From contig JAVRCV020000065.1 in NCBI GenBank assembly GCA_034530615.2, positions 1 through 64,000 on the forward strand: 64,000 nucleotides of DNA, in the 5' to 3' direction. The notes under the pieces were generated by a model. That model had not been told where the DNA came from. It was given only the letters and a program-made list of their open reading frames with translations, and ran no database searches. Numbering within the stretch: position 1 is the first letter of the stretch; each line of letters starts with the position of its first letter. Below are positions 20,257-31,300 of this stretch, one piece after another. The stretch is from Aulosira sp. ZfuVER01. Its GTDB lineage: Bacteria; Cyanobacteriota; Cyanobacteriia; Cyanobacteriales; Nostocaceae. The translations under genes were made by a program, and so were the position numbers.

Positions 20257-20356
20257 AGGGGGACAAGGGAGTGTGGGGAGAGAGGGGAGAAAGCAACCAT
20301 ACTTAGTTCTTCCCCATCTTCCCACACCTCCCACACTCGTTGTTTGCCCCATGCCC
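20257..20356 (-). repeat. Dispersed hairpin repeat, copy 2 (inverted)
   Basis: Reverse complement of 18350-18467; followed by STRR heptamers to about 20398. Confidence 0.9.
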
Positions 20357-20466
20357 AATGCCCGATGCCCAATAACAAATGACCAATGACCAATGACTCA
20401 ACACTCAGATTGGGATAGAGTATTGTGTGTGCCAACTTTGATCGATGCCACCTGATGGAGACTGCA

Positions 20467-20802
20467 ATGAGTAAAGGTGTAATCACCATAACTGATGCTG
20501 AGTTTGAAACCGAAGTTTTGACAGCCGATCTGCCAGTATTGGTTTACTTTTGGGCTTCCTGGTGTGGGCCTTGTCAACTCATGTCGCCACTGATAAACTT
20601 TGCTGCCAATACGTACAGCGATCGCCTTAAAGTCGTTAAAATAGAAATTGACCCTAACCCACTCACGGTTAAGCAATACCAAGTGGAAGGCGTACCTGCC
20701 CTCAGGTTAATAAAAGGTCAGGAACTATTGGTATCTTCTGAGGGAGTCATTGGTAAAGATAAATTACTCAGCCTCTTAGAGACACATCTAAATAGCAATT
20801 AG
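20467..20802 (+). CDS. Thioredoxin
   Basis: WASWCGPC active site; ATG at 20467 (MSKGV) is the likely start. Confidence 0.93.
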   Translation: MSKGVITITDAEFETEVLTADLPVLVYFWASWCGPCQLMSPLINFAANTYSDRLKVVKIEIDPNPLTVKQYQVEGVPALRLIKGQELLVSSEGVIGKDKLLSLLETHLNSN

Positions 20803-20830
20803 TTAATAGTCTAAATTCCAAAGTACAGAA

Positions 20831-21090
20831 GAGCCAGTGCGTTGCAGAGGACAGTTGCGTGGTGTTAGCGAAGCGGTGAGCCAGTCCGGTGGACAGGTTT
20901 CCCGGCTTGTTCGCTGTACTGCAAAGCAGAACCCGTTCGCCGTCAGGCGTTCTCGCAGAGTAGGGTAAGCGTTCCCGCAGGGTAGCAAGTGGCGTCAAAC
21001 TGTGCGTCGGGTTTCCCGCGTTGTAGCCGCCTCCAGCGGCTACTCTTACGAGAACGCCTGACAGCGAACCCGTAGGGTAGCAACTGGCGT
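20831..21090. repeat. Nested cluster of small dispersed repeats
   Basis: GC-rich intergenic block with split copies of a gagccagt..gggtttccc..caactggcgt element; an intact relative lies at 37918-37964. Confidence 0.8.
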
Positions 21091-21115
21091 TCAATAGTCC
21101 CAATTTTAGAGCTTT

Positions 21116-21178
21116 TTGACTATTGACTATTGGCTATTGACTGTTGACTATTGACTGTTGACTATTGATTATTGACTA
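21116..21178 (+). repeat. STRR heptamer array (ttgacta)n
   Basis: About 9 imperfect 7-nt units. Confidence 0.9.
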
Positions 21179-21180
21179 CT

Positions 21181-22362
21181 ATGGAATTTGCAAAACGTTT
21201 ACAACCCCTGCAATCTAATGTATTTGCAGATATGGATAGAGCCAAAGCAGCGGCTTTGGCTGCTGGTAGAGAGATAATTGACCTGTCTTTAGGGTCTTCT
21301 GATTTGCCAGCTGAAGCTCATGTGATTGAAGCGATCGCTCAGTCTCTTTACGACCCTAGCACCCACGGCTATTTACTATTCCACGGCACTCTCGGCTTTC
21401 GTCAAGCTGCTGCTAACTGGTACGAAAAAAAATTCGGTATCAAAGTCAATCCAGAAACTGAGGTACTACCTTTAATTGGTTCCCAAGAAGGTACAGCGCA
21501 TTTACCCTTGGCAATACTTAACCCTGGAGATTTTGCTTTGTTGCTCGATCCTGGCTACCCCTCTCATATTGGAGGAGTTTACTTAGCCAGTGGGCAAATC
21601 TATCCAATGGCACTGCGGGCGGAAAATAATTTTCTACCTATATTTAGTGATATTCCTGCGCCTGTCCTGGCACAGTCGCGGATGATGGTCTTAAGTTACC
21701 CACACAATCCCACAGCAGCGATCGCTCCTTTAGCTTTCTTTCAAGAAGCAGTAGCCTTTTGCCAGCAACATAATATCGTCCTGGTTCACGATTTTCCCTA
21801 TGTAGATTTGGTATTTGCAGAGAGTGGGAGCCATAACCAATCTTTAGTTCCCTCAATTTTGCAAGCTGACCCAGATAAAAGTGTCTCTATAGAATTTTTC
21901 ACCCTTTCCAAGTCCTACAATATGGGTGGCTTCCGGATTGGTTACGCCATTGGTAATGCTCAATTAATTCGCGCTTTACGTCAGGTAAAAGCCGCCGTTG
22001 ATTTTAATCAGTATCGGGGAATTTTGAATGGTGCGATCGCAGCTTTGAGTGGTCCTCAAACAGGAGTGGAAAAAGCTGTTGCTACTTTCCGCCAACGCCG
22101 CGATACATTTATTAGTGCTTTACACCGCATTGGTTGGCACGTTCCCACTCCCCAAGCCACAATGTATATCTGGGCGCAGTTACCTGCTGCTTGGAGCCAG
22201 AATTCTCGAGAATTTTGCACTCAATTAGTAGAAAAGACTGGAGTAGCCGCTTCCCCTGGTGCTGGTTTTGGCAAATCTGGTGAAGGATATGTTCGCTTTG
22301 CCCTAGTACATGAGCCACCTATTTTAGAAACTGCTGTTGAGAGAATTGCTGAGTTTCTTTAG
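21181..22362 (+). CDS. Class I/II PLP aminotransferase (LL-DAP aminotransferase-like)
   Basis: GSQEG, YPHNPT, HDFPY, TLSKSYNMGGFRIG and GEGYVRFAL. Confidence 0.9.
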   Translation: MEFAKRLQPLQSNVFADMDRAKAAALAAGREIIDLSLGSSDLPAEAHVIEAIAQSLYDPSTHGYLLFHGTLGFRQAAANWYEKKFGIKVNPETEVLPLIGSQEGTAHLPLAILNPGDFALLLDPGYPSHIGGVYLASGQIYPMALRAENNFLPIFSDIPAPVLAQSRMMVLSYPHNPTAAIAPLAFFQEAVAFCQQHNIVLVHDFPYVDLVFAESGSHNQSLVPSILQADPDKSVSIEFFTLSKSYNMGGFRIGYAIGNAQLIRALRQVKAAVDFNQYRGILNGAIAALSGPQTGVEKAVATFRQRRDTFISALHRIGWHVPTPQATMYIWAQLPAAWSQNSREFCTQLVEKTGVAASPGAGFGKSGEGYVRFALVHEPPILETAVERIAEFL

Positions 22363-22824
22363 GAGTATATTTGCCCAAAGAATCCACTTGAACTGTGTAT
22401 GCGAACACCAGCCGCAAAACGCTGTAAATCCGCCCGTAGCGTTAGTGTACGCAGTTCATGCTGGCTATTTTGGATTAATTGAGATAATTAAAGAATGCGA
22501 CAGCTAGATTCCCACAATCCACACATATCAGCAATACTCAATCTAAAATAGGATGATGATAGCGTCAAAAATATTGGAAAATTAGCCAATTATTTAATAC
22601 CACAAACTCATAAAAAATTAGCTAAAGAAAACATTAACTTTTTCGTTAAACCTTATTTTAGGGATAATATTATGAAGCATCAGTAAACAGCAGCTAAATT
22701 CTATTTATTAAAGTTTAACCTGCTTTGCATTTAGCAAATTTGCTATTTTTTCAAGTTCGGCTAGGGAGTTTTGGTTGAGTTTTGGACAATAATTTTTGAC
22801 TTTTATATCAGATTATAGCTAACA

Positions 22825-23238
22825 ATGACAGCACAATTACTCTCTATAAATCAGCGCTTAAAGTCGCAACAAAATAGACGAATTTTGCTAATTGAGGATA
22901 ATGATGTTAATCGAATGTTGCTGAGTGACTATCTCAGTTACTGTGGATTCAATGTCCAAAGTCTATCAGTAGGCTCTGCTTTATTCTCAACTGTCGAGAA
23001 ATTCCAGCCGGAGTTAATATTACTAGACTTAAAATTACCGGATATTGATGGTTATTCATTGCTAGAAAAAATCCAGCATAACCAAGTATTATCGAAAATA
23101 CCTATTATCGTAGTTTCAGCCTTTGCTTTTAGGGACGATCAAGAGCGAGCCATGAGTTTAGGAGCTTGTCGCTACTTTGTCAAACCTGTCAATCTCAAAG
23201 AGCTAATCATGACAATTGAAGAAGAATTATCTTCTTGA
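22825..23238 (+). CDS. Single-domain response regulator
   Basis: ILLIEDN, LILLDLKLPDIDG, VSAFA and FVKP. Confidence 0.92.
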   Translation: MTAQLLSINQRLKSQQNRRILLIEDNDVNRMLLSDYLSYCGFNVQSLSVGSALFSTVEKFQPELILLDLKLPDIDGYSLLEKIQHNQVLSKIPIIVVSAFAFRDDQERAMSLGACRYFVKPVNLKELIMTIEEELSS

Positions 23239-23500
23239 TAAGAATATATGCATAGATGAGTATAGCTATATAGCAATTCTCAACTTTGCAATGTTGTTAG
23301 CAAATTGATAGGGGGTTTAACCCATCAGCCATAATCCATTGGAAATTTCTTTAATTTCAATGCGTTAAAACGCACTTTAACCGAACAAGATATAATTTCT
23401 CTCCTCCTGTTCCCGTAATTTCTCCGAATCAAATCGGATTCCTAGATATTTTCTTTAAAATAGAAATTAGGTGGATTTGTAAATTTACCTAAATCTGGTC

Positions 23501-25372
23501 GTGACACAATCTATTCAAACACTGGTTAAAGATACTGAACGCCTGGAAAACCGCCTAGCCGAGATACCGCCGGAACCGGGTGTTTATTTTATGCGGGATG
23601 CAAGCGATCGCATTATCTATATAGGTAAATCGCGGAAGTTGCGATCGCGGGTGCGTTCCTATTTCCGCGATGGGTACAACAAAAGCGAACGTATTGCCAC
23701 AATGGTGAAGCAGGTGGCAGAAATTGAATTTATCGTCACCGATACCGAAGCTGAGGCTTTAGCGCTGGAAGCTAATTTGATCAAGCAGCACCAGCCATAT
23801 TTTAATGTGCTGCTCAAAGATGATAAAAAATATCCGTATGTCTGCATCACTTGGTCAGAAGACTATCCGAGGATTTTCATCACCCGCAAACGCCAATTAG
23901 GTAAGGAAAAGGATAAGTTTTATGGGCCATATACAGATGCAGGTCTATTGCGGGAGATATTACGCATATCGAAGCGGATTTTTGCGCTGCGCCAACGACC
24001 GCAACCACTATTTAAAGACCGTCCTTGTTTAAATTATGATTTGGGACGCTGTCCGGGTGTGTGTCAACAGCTAATTTCGCCGGAAGAATACCGTAAAACC
24101 GTGCAGAAGGTGGCGATGGTATTTCAAGGTCGAACTCAAGAACTGATTGATATCTTGACACAGCAGATGGAGAAAGCCGCAGAAGCGCTGAACTTTGAAT
24201 CAGCCGCGCGGATTCGCGATCAAATAGCCGGGTTAAAGTCGCTGACGGCACAACAAAAAGTATCCTTACCAGATGATACAGTTTCGCGAGATGCGATCGC
24301 CTTGGCAGCTGATGAACAACTCGCTTACATTCAATTATTTCAAATTCGGGCTGGGCAATTGGTTGGACGCTTGGCATTTGTGGCGGATGCGCACGCCGAA
24401 CCAGGGGCTATTTTACAACGAGTTTTAGAAGAACACTACCAAACTGCTGACTCAGTGGAAATCCCCATCGAAATTTTGGTACAGCATGAGTTACCAGAGG
24501 CGGAAATATTGGCAGATGTCTTAACTCAGCGTAAAGGTAGAAAAGTTACGATTTTAGCGCCCCAACGGCAAACTAAGGCAGAATTAATTGAGATGGTAGA
24601 GCGCAATGCCCAGTATGAATTGCAAAGAATGCAAAAATTGGGCGATCGCAACCAGCAAGCAATGCAAGATTTAGCTGCTATTGTTGATTTACCCGATTTA
24701 CCCCACCGCATCGAAGGTTATGACATTTCCCATATTCAGGGGTCAAATGCAGTCGCTTCCCAAGTAGTATTTATTGATGGAGTACCCGCCAAGCAGTACT
24801 ATCGCCACTACAAAATTAAAAATCCCACAGTCACCGCCGGACATTCAGATGATTTCGCTAGTTTGGCAGAAGTAATTCAGCGTCGCTTTCGCAAGTATAT
24901 TGAAGATCCACAATTACAACGCTTGGGTAATCCCGATTGGCCGGATTTAGTGATGATCGATGGCGGTAAAGGTCAATTATCATCCGTTGTCGCCATTTTG
25001 CAAGAAATGAACTTATTAGAAGACTTGCGAGTTGTCAGTTTGGCGAAGCGGCGAGAGGAGATTTTTTTACCGGGAGAATCTCTACCTTTAGAAACCGATG
25101 CAGAACAACCAGGGGTGCAGTTATTACGAAGATTGCGAGATGAAGCCCATCGCTTTGCTGTAAGTTTCCATCGCCAGCAACGCAGCGATAAATTAAAGCG
25201 ATCGCGTTTAGATGAAATTCCAGGTTTGGGACACCATCGCCAAAAGCTGCTTTTAGGGCATTTTCGCTCTGTTGATTATATTAGGCAAGCAACACCCGCA
25301 CAATTAGCTGAAGTTCCCAGCATTGGGCCGCGTTTGGCTCAAGAAATCTACGATTATTTTCATCCTGCTTGA
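23501..25372 (+). CDS. uvrC: Excinuclease ABC subunit C
   Basis: GIY-YIG (PGVY..IYIGKS), [17 protein letters not shown] and HhH C-terminus. Confidence 0.98.
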   Translation: MTQSIQTLVKDTERLENRLAEIPPEPGVYFMRDASDRIIYIGKSRKLRSRVRSYFRDGYNKSERIATMVKQVAEIEFIVTDTEAEALALEANLIKQHQPYFNVLLKDDKKYPYVCITWSEDYPRIFITRKRQLGKEKDKFYGPYTDAGLLREILRISKRIFALRQRPQPLFKDRPCLNYDLGRCPGVCQQLISPEEYRKTVQKVAMVFQGRTQELIDILTQQMEKAAEALNFESAARIRDQIAGLKSLTAQQKVSLPDDTVSRDAIALAADEQLAYIQLFQIRAGQLVGRLAFVADAHAEPGAILQRVLEEHYQTADSVEIPIEILVQHELPEAEILADVLTQRKGRKVTILAPQRQTKAELIEMVERNAQYELQRMQKLGDRNQQAMQDLAAIVDLPDLPHRIEGYDISHIQGSNAVASQVVFIDGVPAKQYYRHYKIKNPTVTAGHSDDFASLAEVIQRRFRKYIEDPQLQRLGNPDWPDLVMIDGGKGQLSSVVAILQEMNLLEDLRVVSLAKRREEIFLPGESLPLETDAEQPGVQLLRRLRDEAHRFAVSFHRQQRSDKLKRSRLDEIPGLGHHRQKLLLGHFRSVDYIRQATPAQLAEVPSIGPRLAQEIYDYFHPA

Positions 25373-25983
25373 GTAGTAATACAGGAGTAATAGACAAGCT
25401 GGGGAAGAAAAAACGGTTATAAAAGGAAGAAGTTATGGGTAATTGATAGCTGGGAGAACCCATTACCGATTACCCATTCCCCATTACCCATTACCAACAA
25501 CTAGACTAGCAGACATAACCAATCCTCTTGAGGGTGAGTATTGGAAGTTTTAATTAAATTGTTTGATGACAATTTCATCCTCATGTCAACCCGGAACAAT
25601 CTTAAGTAAAGCTTAAAATAAAAAATTTGTGACTAAATATACAGTATTTTTGGGTTTTTAACTTTTAGCTATTAATATACTGTTTTTTGCTGGAGATCGC
25701 TATAAATCATTTGATATAGAGATATTACCATTGGGGATCAGTAAATCTCTAAACAAGAGTTACATCAAAAATTAATTTATATATCTAAAGTGAGATGATA
25801 AACTGATAGATCTATTAGGATAATAAATACAAAATAGGGATCGTTTTTACAAACTTGAATTTTGTTGAGAGAAATTAGCCAAAACAGAAAGGCTTTTTAT
25901 TAGGTGGTATTAAACCAGAATGTTCACTGGTTTAATTGGCTGTCTTTAGTTACCAGAAATCATTACTAACCAGGGATTTTAAA

Positions 25984-26163
25984 ATGCAGATAGTACAACA
26001 AATTTGCTGCCCAAACTGTGGCAGTAAAGCTGAACGTCACTATATTTCTGATAGTCAAATAACTCGCACCCAATGCCCAGCTTGTGACTACCTCATGATT
26101 AGCTGCACTCGCACTGGTAGAGTCATTGAGGCTTATGCCCCTGGTATTCATGCTAAGATGTAA
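25984..26163 (+). CDS. Small zinc-ribbon protein (59 aa)
   Basis: ATG at 25984; CPNC and CPAC pairs; ends TGRVIEAYAPGI. Confidence 0.8.
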   Translation: MQIVQQICCPNCGSKAERHYISDSQITRTQCPACDYLMISCTRTGRVIEAYAPGIHAKM

Positions 26164-26204
26164 AACTTTTGCTCTTCCCAGTCGCGTCAACTTTTAGTTG
26201 TGTA

Positions 26205-26240
26205 GAAAAAAGAGCGTTGTGTTAGCAGCACGACGCTCTT
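26205..26240 (-). terminator. Intrinsic terminator
   Basis: aagagcgttgtg/cacgacgctctt stem with an A-run on the left, giving a U-tail on the minus strand. Confidence 0.65.
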
Positions 26241-26259
26241 AATATTACTAATAGATCTA

Positions 26260-26435
26260 CTAGGCTTGCTCACGCTGGCGCTGAATAATTTGAGGTAAGT
26301 CTTCAATTTTAAGAGGTTTAGCATTAGCTTTTATCCGATCCGACAACTCATAAAAAGCTTCATTGTCATCAGGATGCTGTAATACGTAAGCCTCAATTCT
26401 GCTTTGGGCATTGTTTTAAAATCAGGTTTGGTCAT
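26260..26435 (-). pseudogene. Frameshifted DUF6887-like small protein
   Basis: [15 protein letters not shown] then, after a 1-nt loss, YVLQHPDDNEAFYELSDRI...; ATGA overlap with the rlmN stop. Confidence 0.7.
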
Positions 26436-27502
26436 AATTTACTCGATCTGAGTTGTCCACAAGCCGCATCAGCTTCTAAACCACGAGAGTAACGAACGCT
26501 GACAGCAATAAATTGCTGCTTTAAAACGTTGACGAAGGCTTGAATGCTATCGCTGTTGGGGCGTTTATAATCTACTTCTTGAATGGGATTGTAAGGAATT
26601 AAATTTACATGACTTTGGAAACCCCGCAAGCATTTTGCTAATTGCAGGGCGTGTTCTGGTAAATCATTAACACCAGCAAGGAGAATATACTCAAAACTAA
26701 CGCGACGGCCAGTGAGTTCTACATATTCCCGACATTCAGTCAGTAAATCTTCAATGGGGTAGGAGTGGGCGCTGGGAATCAGCTGTTCTCGTAGTGCTTG
26801 GTTGGGCGCATGAAGACTAACAGCGAGAGTGATTTGTAACTGGTGTTGGGCTAACTGACGGATGCGATCGCGTATTCCCACTGTAGAGACAGTTAGCGAT
26901 CGCTGTCCAATACCCACATCTTGATTTAAGGATCTTAAAGAAGCTAGGACATTCTCAGTATTTAACAACGGTTCGCCCATGCCCATAAATACCACATGAC
27001 TCACCCGTTGTTGAAAATCTTCTTGTACCGTCAATACCTGATCGACAATTTCATGACGTGCTAAGTTACGCTTGTAACCACCTTTACCAGTGGCGCAGAA
27101 ATCACAAGCCATCGGACAACCCACCTGAGTAGAAACACAAACGGTTAACCGCTTATCGCTGGGGATACCAACGGTTTCGACAATTTGCCCATCTGCGAGT
27201 TGCAAGAGATATTTGATTGTGCCATCAGGTGCAACAGCGCGGTGGTGTATAGTCGAGCGTCCGATGGGGATTTCTGCGACTTCCGCACGCCATTGTTTTG
27301 AGAATACAGAAATATCAGCTAGCGATCGCACTCCTTTATGATATATCCAGTCATGCAATTGCTTACCTCGATAAGCTGGCTGTCCCTGTTGCTGCACCCA
27401 AGCAGTCAATTCAGCCACGGAAGCACCTAATAAGGGAGGGATATTTTCTAACTGTTTGGGGTGGAGTGAGTCAGCTTGAGAAATCAGCGGCGTAGCAGAC
27501 AT
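26432..27502 (-). CDS. rlmN: 23S rRNA m2A2503 radical-SAM methyltransferase
   Basis: [32 protein letters not shown] and AACGQL. Confidence 0.97.
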   Translation of the reverse strand: MSATPLISQADSLHPKQLENIPPLLGASVAELTAWVQQQGQPAYRGKQLHDWIYHKGVRSLADISVFSKQWRAEVAEIPIGRSTIHHRAVAPDGTIKYLLQLADGQIVETVGIPSDKRLTVCVSTQVGCPMACDFCATGKGGYKRNLARHEIVDQVLTVQEDFQQRVSHVVFMGMGEPLLNTENVLASLRSLNQDVGIGQRSLTVSTVGIRDRIRQLAQHQLQITLAVSLHAPNQALREQLIPSAHSYPIEDLLTECREYVELTGRRVSFEYILLAGVNDLPEHALQLAKCLRGFQSHVNLIPYNPIQEVDYKRPNSDSIQAFVNVLKQQFIAVSVRYSRGLEADAACGQLRSSKL

Positions 27503-27629
27503 AAATTATCACGAGTTGATGCTAGGATCTCTATCCTATAACTTCTTGACTCAGACTGGGGTAGACTGAACTACTCCTTCACCATCCAGATAATCATGAC
27601 CCTTCAAAATAAAAAATCAAATTGATTCC

Positions 27630-28205
27630 CTATTCTTCAAAATAACTTGGCATCTTTATTCCAAAAAAATCTTGAATAGCAATACCTATTGTTGCATCAC
27701 CTAAAGGGAGATTTTCCTCAAGTACATATTGTCTCTCATCCCAAATAGAGCGAAGCTCTTTCTGCTTTTGCAGAAATTGTTCTTCAGATAATAACTGAAG
27801 ATTTTCATCATATTTAATCGTTTCTATTGTCCTGTCAAAATTTTCTTCAGAAAATATAATATTATTTTCCCATTCCTCCATTTCTCCTTCTATCCAAGTC
27901 CATGTTGATTGACAACCATCTGACAGCCAGCAAAGTTTCCGGAGTATGATACCTTCTTTTGAATGCTCATAATCAAGTTGATCGTTGCTTGTATCTACAC
28001 AAATAAAAATTGCTTCACCAAACTGTAAAGAAATCTCTTTAGTTAAGTAAATTCCAGGCTCAAATATTCCGTCTGAATAATCATTACTCAAATCACATAG
28101 AATCCATTCTGATTCAGGGATTGAATCTACTCGAAAAAATTTCTCTTTGAGTTTTGTTGTCGGCTCCTGTGTCTTAATAAAATAAGCATGATAAAATAAA
28201 CTCAT
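27630..28205 (-). CDS. Acidic, aromatic-rich hypothetical protein
   Basis: AT-rich ORF; ATG at 28205 (MSLFYHAY) with GGAG upstream. Confidence 0.7.
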   Translation of the reverse strand: MSLFYHAYFIKTQEPTTKLKEKFFRVDSIPESEWILCDLSNDYSDGIFEPGIYLTKEISLQFGEAIFICVDTSNDQLDYEHSKEGIILRKLCWLSDGCQSTWTWIEGEMEEWENNIIFSEENFDRTIETIKYDENLQLLSEEQFLQKQKELRSIWDERQYVLEENLPLGDATIGIAIQDFFGIKMPSYFEE

Positions 28206-28313
28206 TTTTAAAACTCTCCTTTTCAAATTTGCTGATTGCTGTAGGCAAAATTATTTAGTTTTATAAAAACCCTAAATACTTGAACTTTTCATTTTATTTT
28301 GCAATATAGATTT

Positions 28314-31300
28314 TTAAGAACAATTCTTGATCGGAATTTCAATCCAAAACTCTGCGCCTTTTCCAGGTTCAGAAATACACTTCATCTTTCCCTGATGTTT
28401 ATCGACAATTATTTGATAGCTGATAGATAATCCTAAACCCGTACCTTGTCCTACAGGTTTAGTGGTAAAAAAAGGATCGAATAGTCTTTGCTTCACACTT
28501 TCAGCCATTCCCGGTCCGTTATCTTGAATAGAGATACCTACCCAATGCGGATTAATTACTTGCGTGCGAATAGTAATTTTGCTCAGGTTATCGTTAATTT
28601 CGGCTGTTGTTCTTTGAGAGTTGTAGTTATCCAAAGCATCAATAGCATTACTGAAAATGTTCATGAATACTTGGTTTAGCTGTCCGGCGTAACATTCTAC
28701 ATCGGGTAAATTGCCATATTCTTTAATAATTTCAATTGGGGGATGTTCTGGTTTAGCTTTGAGACGGTTCTGTAAAATTAACAGCGTGCTATCTATCCCC
28801 TGGTGAATGTTCACGGGTTTCATTTCTGCTTCATCAAGTCGAGAAAAGTTACGTAACGTCAGTACAATTTCCCGGATACGCTGAGTACCAACTTTCATCG
28901 AAACCAGAGTTTTCGGTAAATCTTCTCTGAGAAAATCAAGGTCAATTTCTGTACTCAAATCTTGAATTTCTGCGGCTATTTCGGGATAAATTTCTTGATA
29001 TAGTTGGATGAGACTGAGTAAATCCTGGGTGTAGCGATCGATGTGAGTCAAGTTACCGTGAATAAAATTAACGGGGTTATTAATTTCATGGGCTACACCA
29101 GCTACAAGTTGACCGAGACTAGACATTTTCTCAGTTTGAATTAACTGGGTTTGCGTCTGCTGTAAATCTAGGAGAGTTTGTTCTAGTGCTGCTGTTTGCT
29201 GTCGCAAAGCTTCTTCAGCTTTTTTGCTATCGCTAATATCCCGTGAGACTCCTACTGTTTGAATAACCTGCTGTTGCGCATCAAAAATTGCAGTCTTGAT
29301 TGTATTGAATAGGCGCTCTTCACCATCGTAACGAATAACTGTTTCTTCAGTTACTAAGGTTTTTCCAGTATTAAATACGTAAGCATCATCTTTCACATAC
29401 TGTTGCGTGTAATCAGGTTTAGCAAAAGGAGCATCAATAATTCCTCTTAACTGATCCAAAGTCATGCCATAATATTCACGAAATGCTTTATTAGCGTAAA
29501 TAATTCGCGATTCCGCACCTTTACATAAAACTAAGTCGGGAATTGCATCAAGAATCTGCTGATAGAGATTTTTTATATCTAATAATTGCTGTTCTGCTTG
29601 TTTGCGATCGCTAATATCTCGTAAAAAGACAATATATTCTTGGCGCTGGCGATTTACTCTATTAGAAATCGTTGTCTCAATAATGCGTTTTGACTGAACG
29701 TTTTGTAAGATTTGCTCGCTTCTGCTTTGCCAATATGCAGGTGTATTATCTAAATCAGCAAAAAATTTATTCAGATGTACCCCAATCAATTGGTTAATAT
29801 TTAATTCTAATAAAACTTCCGCCGCTGGATTAGCTTGGGTAATTATGCCATTCTCATCTAGCACTAAAACTGTATCTGGAACGGTATCTAAGGCAGTAAT
29901 AAAGCGACTTTCAGCCGCTTCTCTAGCTTCAGCAATCGAGGCAATTTGTGGTAAAGTCGTCCAACAGGCGATCGCCACTCCCATAAATGAGAGAATCATT
30001 AGCAAGACTGCTAAGAGATTATCATCTGTATTACCAGGGAGTGGTTCTAAACCCTCCTTCACTATCCAGGTAATCATAACAGTACTACAAATCAACCCTA
30101 CTAGGATTCCTACTTGAAACCCTACAAAGTCTTTAATTTTAGTACTATATAGCTGACGGCGCTGCATCCACCATTGAATATGAAAAGGTGGAAAGGAAAT
30201 TCTGCGGATAGCCGCATCAGCGATTAAAATTATCAGCGGAAACATTAATCCTGCAACTAAGTTGCGCCAGTCCCAAGCCAAGCCACCAACTAATAAAGCT
30301 ACTATCTCCACTAAGCAAAAGGCTAACGAAAACCAAGGCCATCGTACCCCTGGCTTTCCTCGGTTGAGCCATAGACCAAAATGAAATGTAATAATGCATA
30401 ATAAGTAGCTAATTGTAATGACAATTACTAAACTATTTAAATCAGTCCAAAGCAGATAGAACAAACTAAATATAAAAGTAAATATCAGTGCAGGTTGCAG
30501 CACACCTTGGCTAGATACAACTGTAAAGACGGGTGAAAGCTGTCCATCTTGAGCTAATTGATACAAAATCCGAGGGGTATTTGCAACTGCTGTGGCTGCA
30601 CCTAAAAGACAACTAGAGCAAATTAATAATGTCACAATTAGCGAAGCTGAATTACCCCAGAAAGGTGAAGCCACTAAGAAAGTTTTGAAAGTCTCACCTT
30701 GCAACTCTGGATTGCTAGCTAAACGCATCAATACCCAAGAACCGCCTAAAGAAATAATCGGTATAAGATAACCAGCTACCGATAGTAATCGTAACGTTTG
30801 ATGGGGTTTTTGACTATCAGCAACAAAAGCCGCACCTGTTTCTATACTGTAGATAGCATAGACTACAAAGAAAAACCACTTTGGTAATTCTACAAATGAA
30901 AAACTAGGTAAACTGCTAGGAAAAAAGCCAATACTATGTGGTGAAAATGCTAACCAAATCAGTCCTTGAATAGAAAATAAGAGAACTAATCCTACAGCCG
31001 GGATAATGAAACATAAATGCAAAATTGCCAAAGCGCGTGTACCGCTAAATGCCACAGTAAATAGGAGTATTGTTAACCCAATTTTCATTACCATTTCTGG
31101 AAAATGAATACCCCAAGGTTCAAGTTGAGCTTTGATCAATTCTGTGAGCATGACAGCGTTGATTGGAAAAGAACCCCAAGCAACAAAGTATCCTAGAGCT
31201 GCATAACGTCCTAAAAATGGCAAATTTTTCAGCAGTCTACTAGTGTAATTAGCTGTCCCTCCCGCAACATCAGGCCATTGCTTGCCCAAAGCTTGCACCT

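Noticed and set aside
18300..21103. Short ORFs 18300-18740, 18340-18522, 20108-20296, 20190-20489, 20768-21103 and 20803-20988
   Set aside because: They are translations of repeat DNA or antisense shadows; their shared peptides simply reflect the inverted repeat.
20831..21178. CRISPR array or tRNA
   Set aside because: No constant repeat with regular unique spacers and no cloverleaf; it is nested dispersed repeats plus heptamer STRRs.
25984..26163. PriA helicase, a label sometimes attached to such proteins
   Set aside because: Only 59 aa with a zinc ribbon and no helicase motifs.
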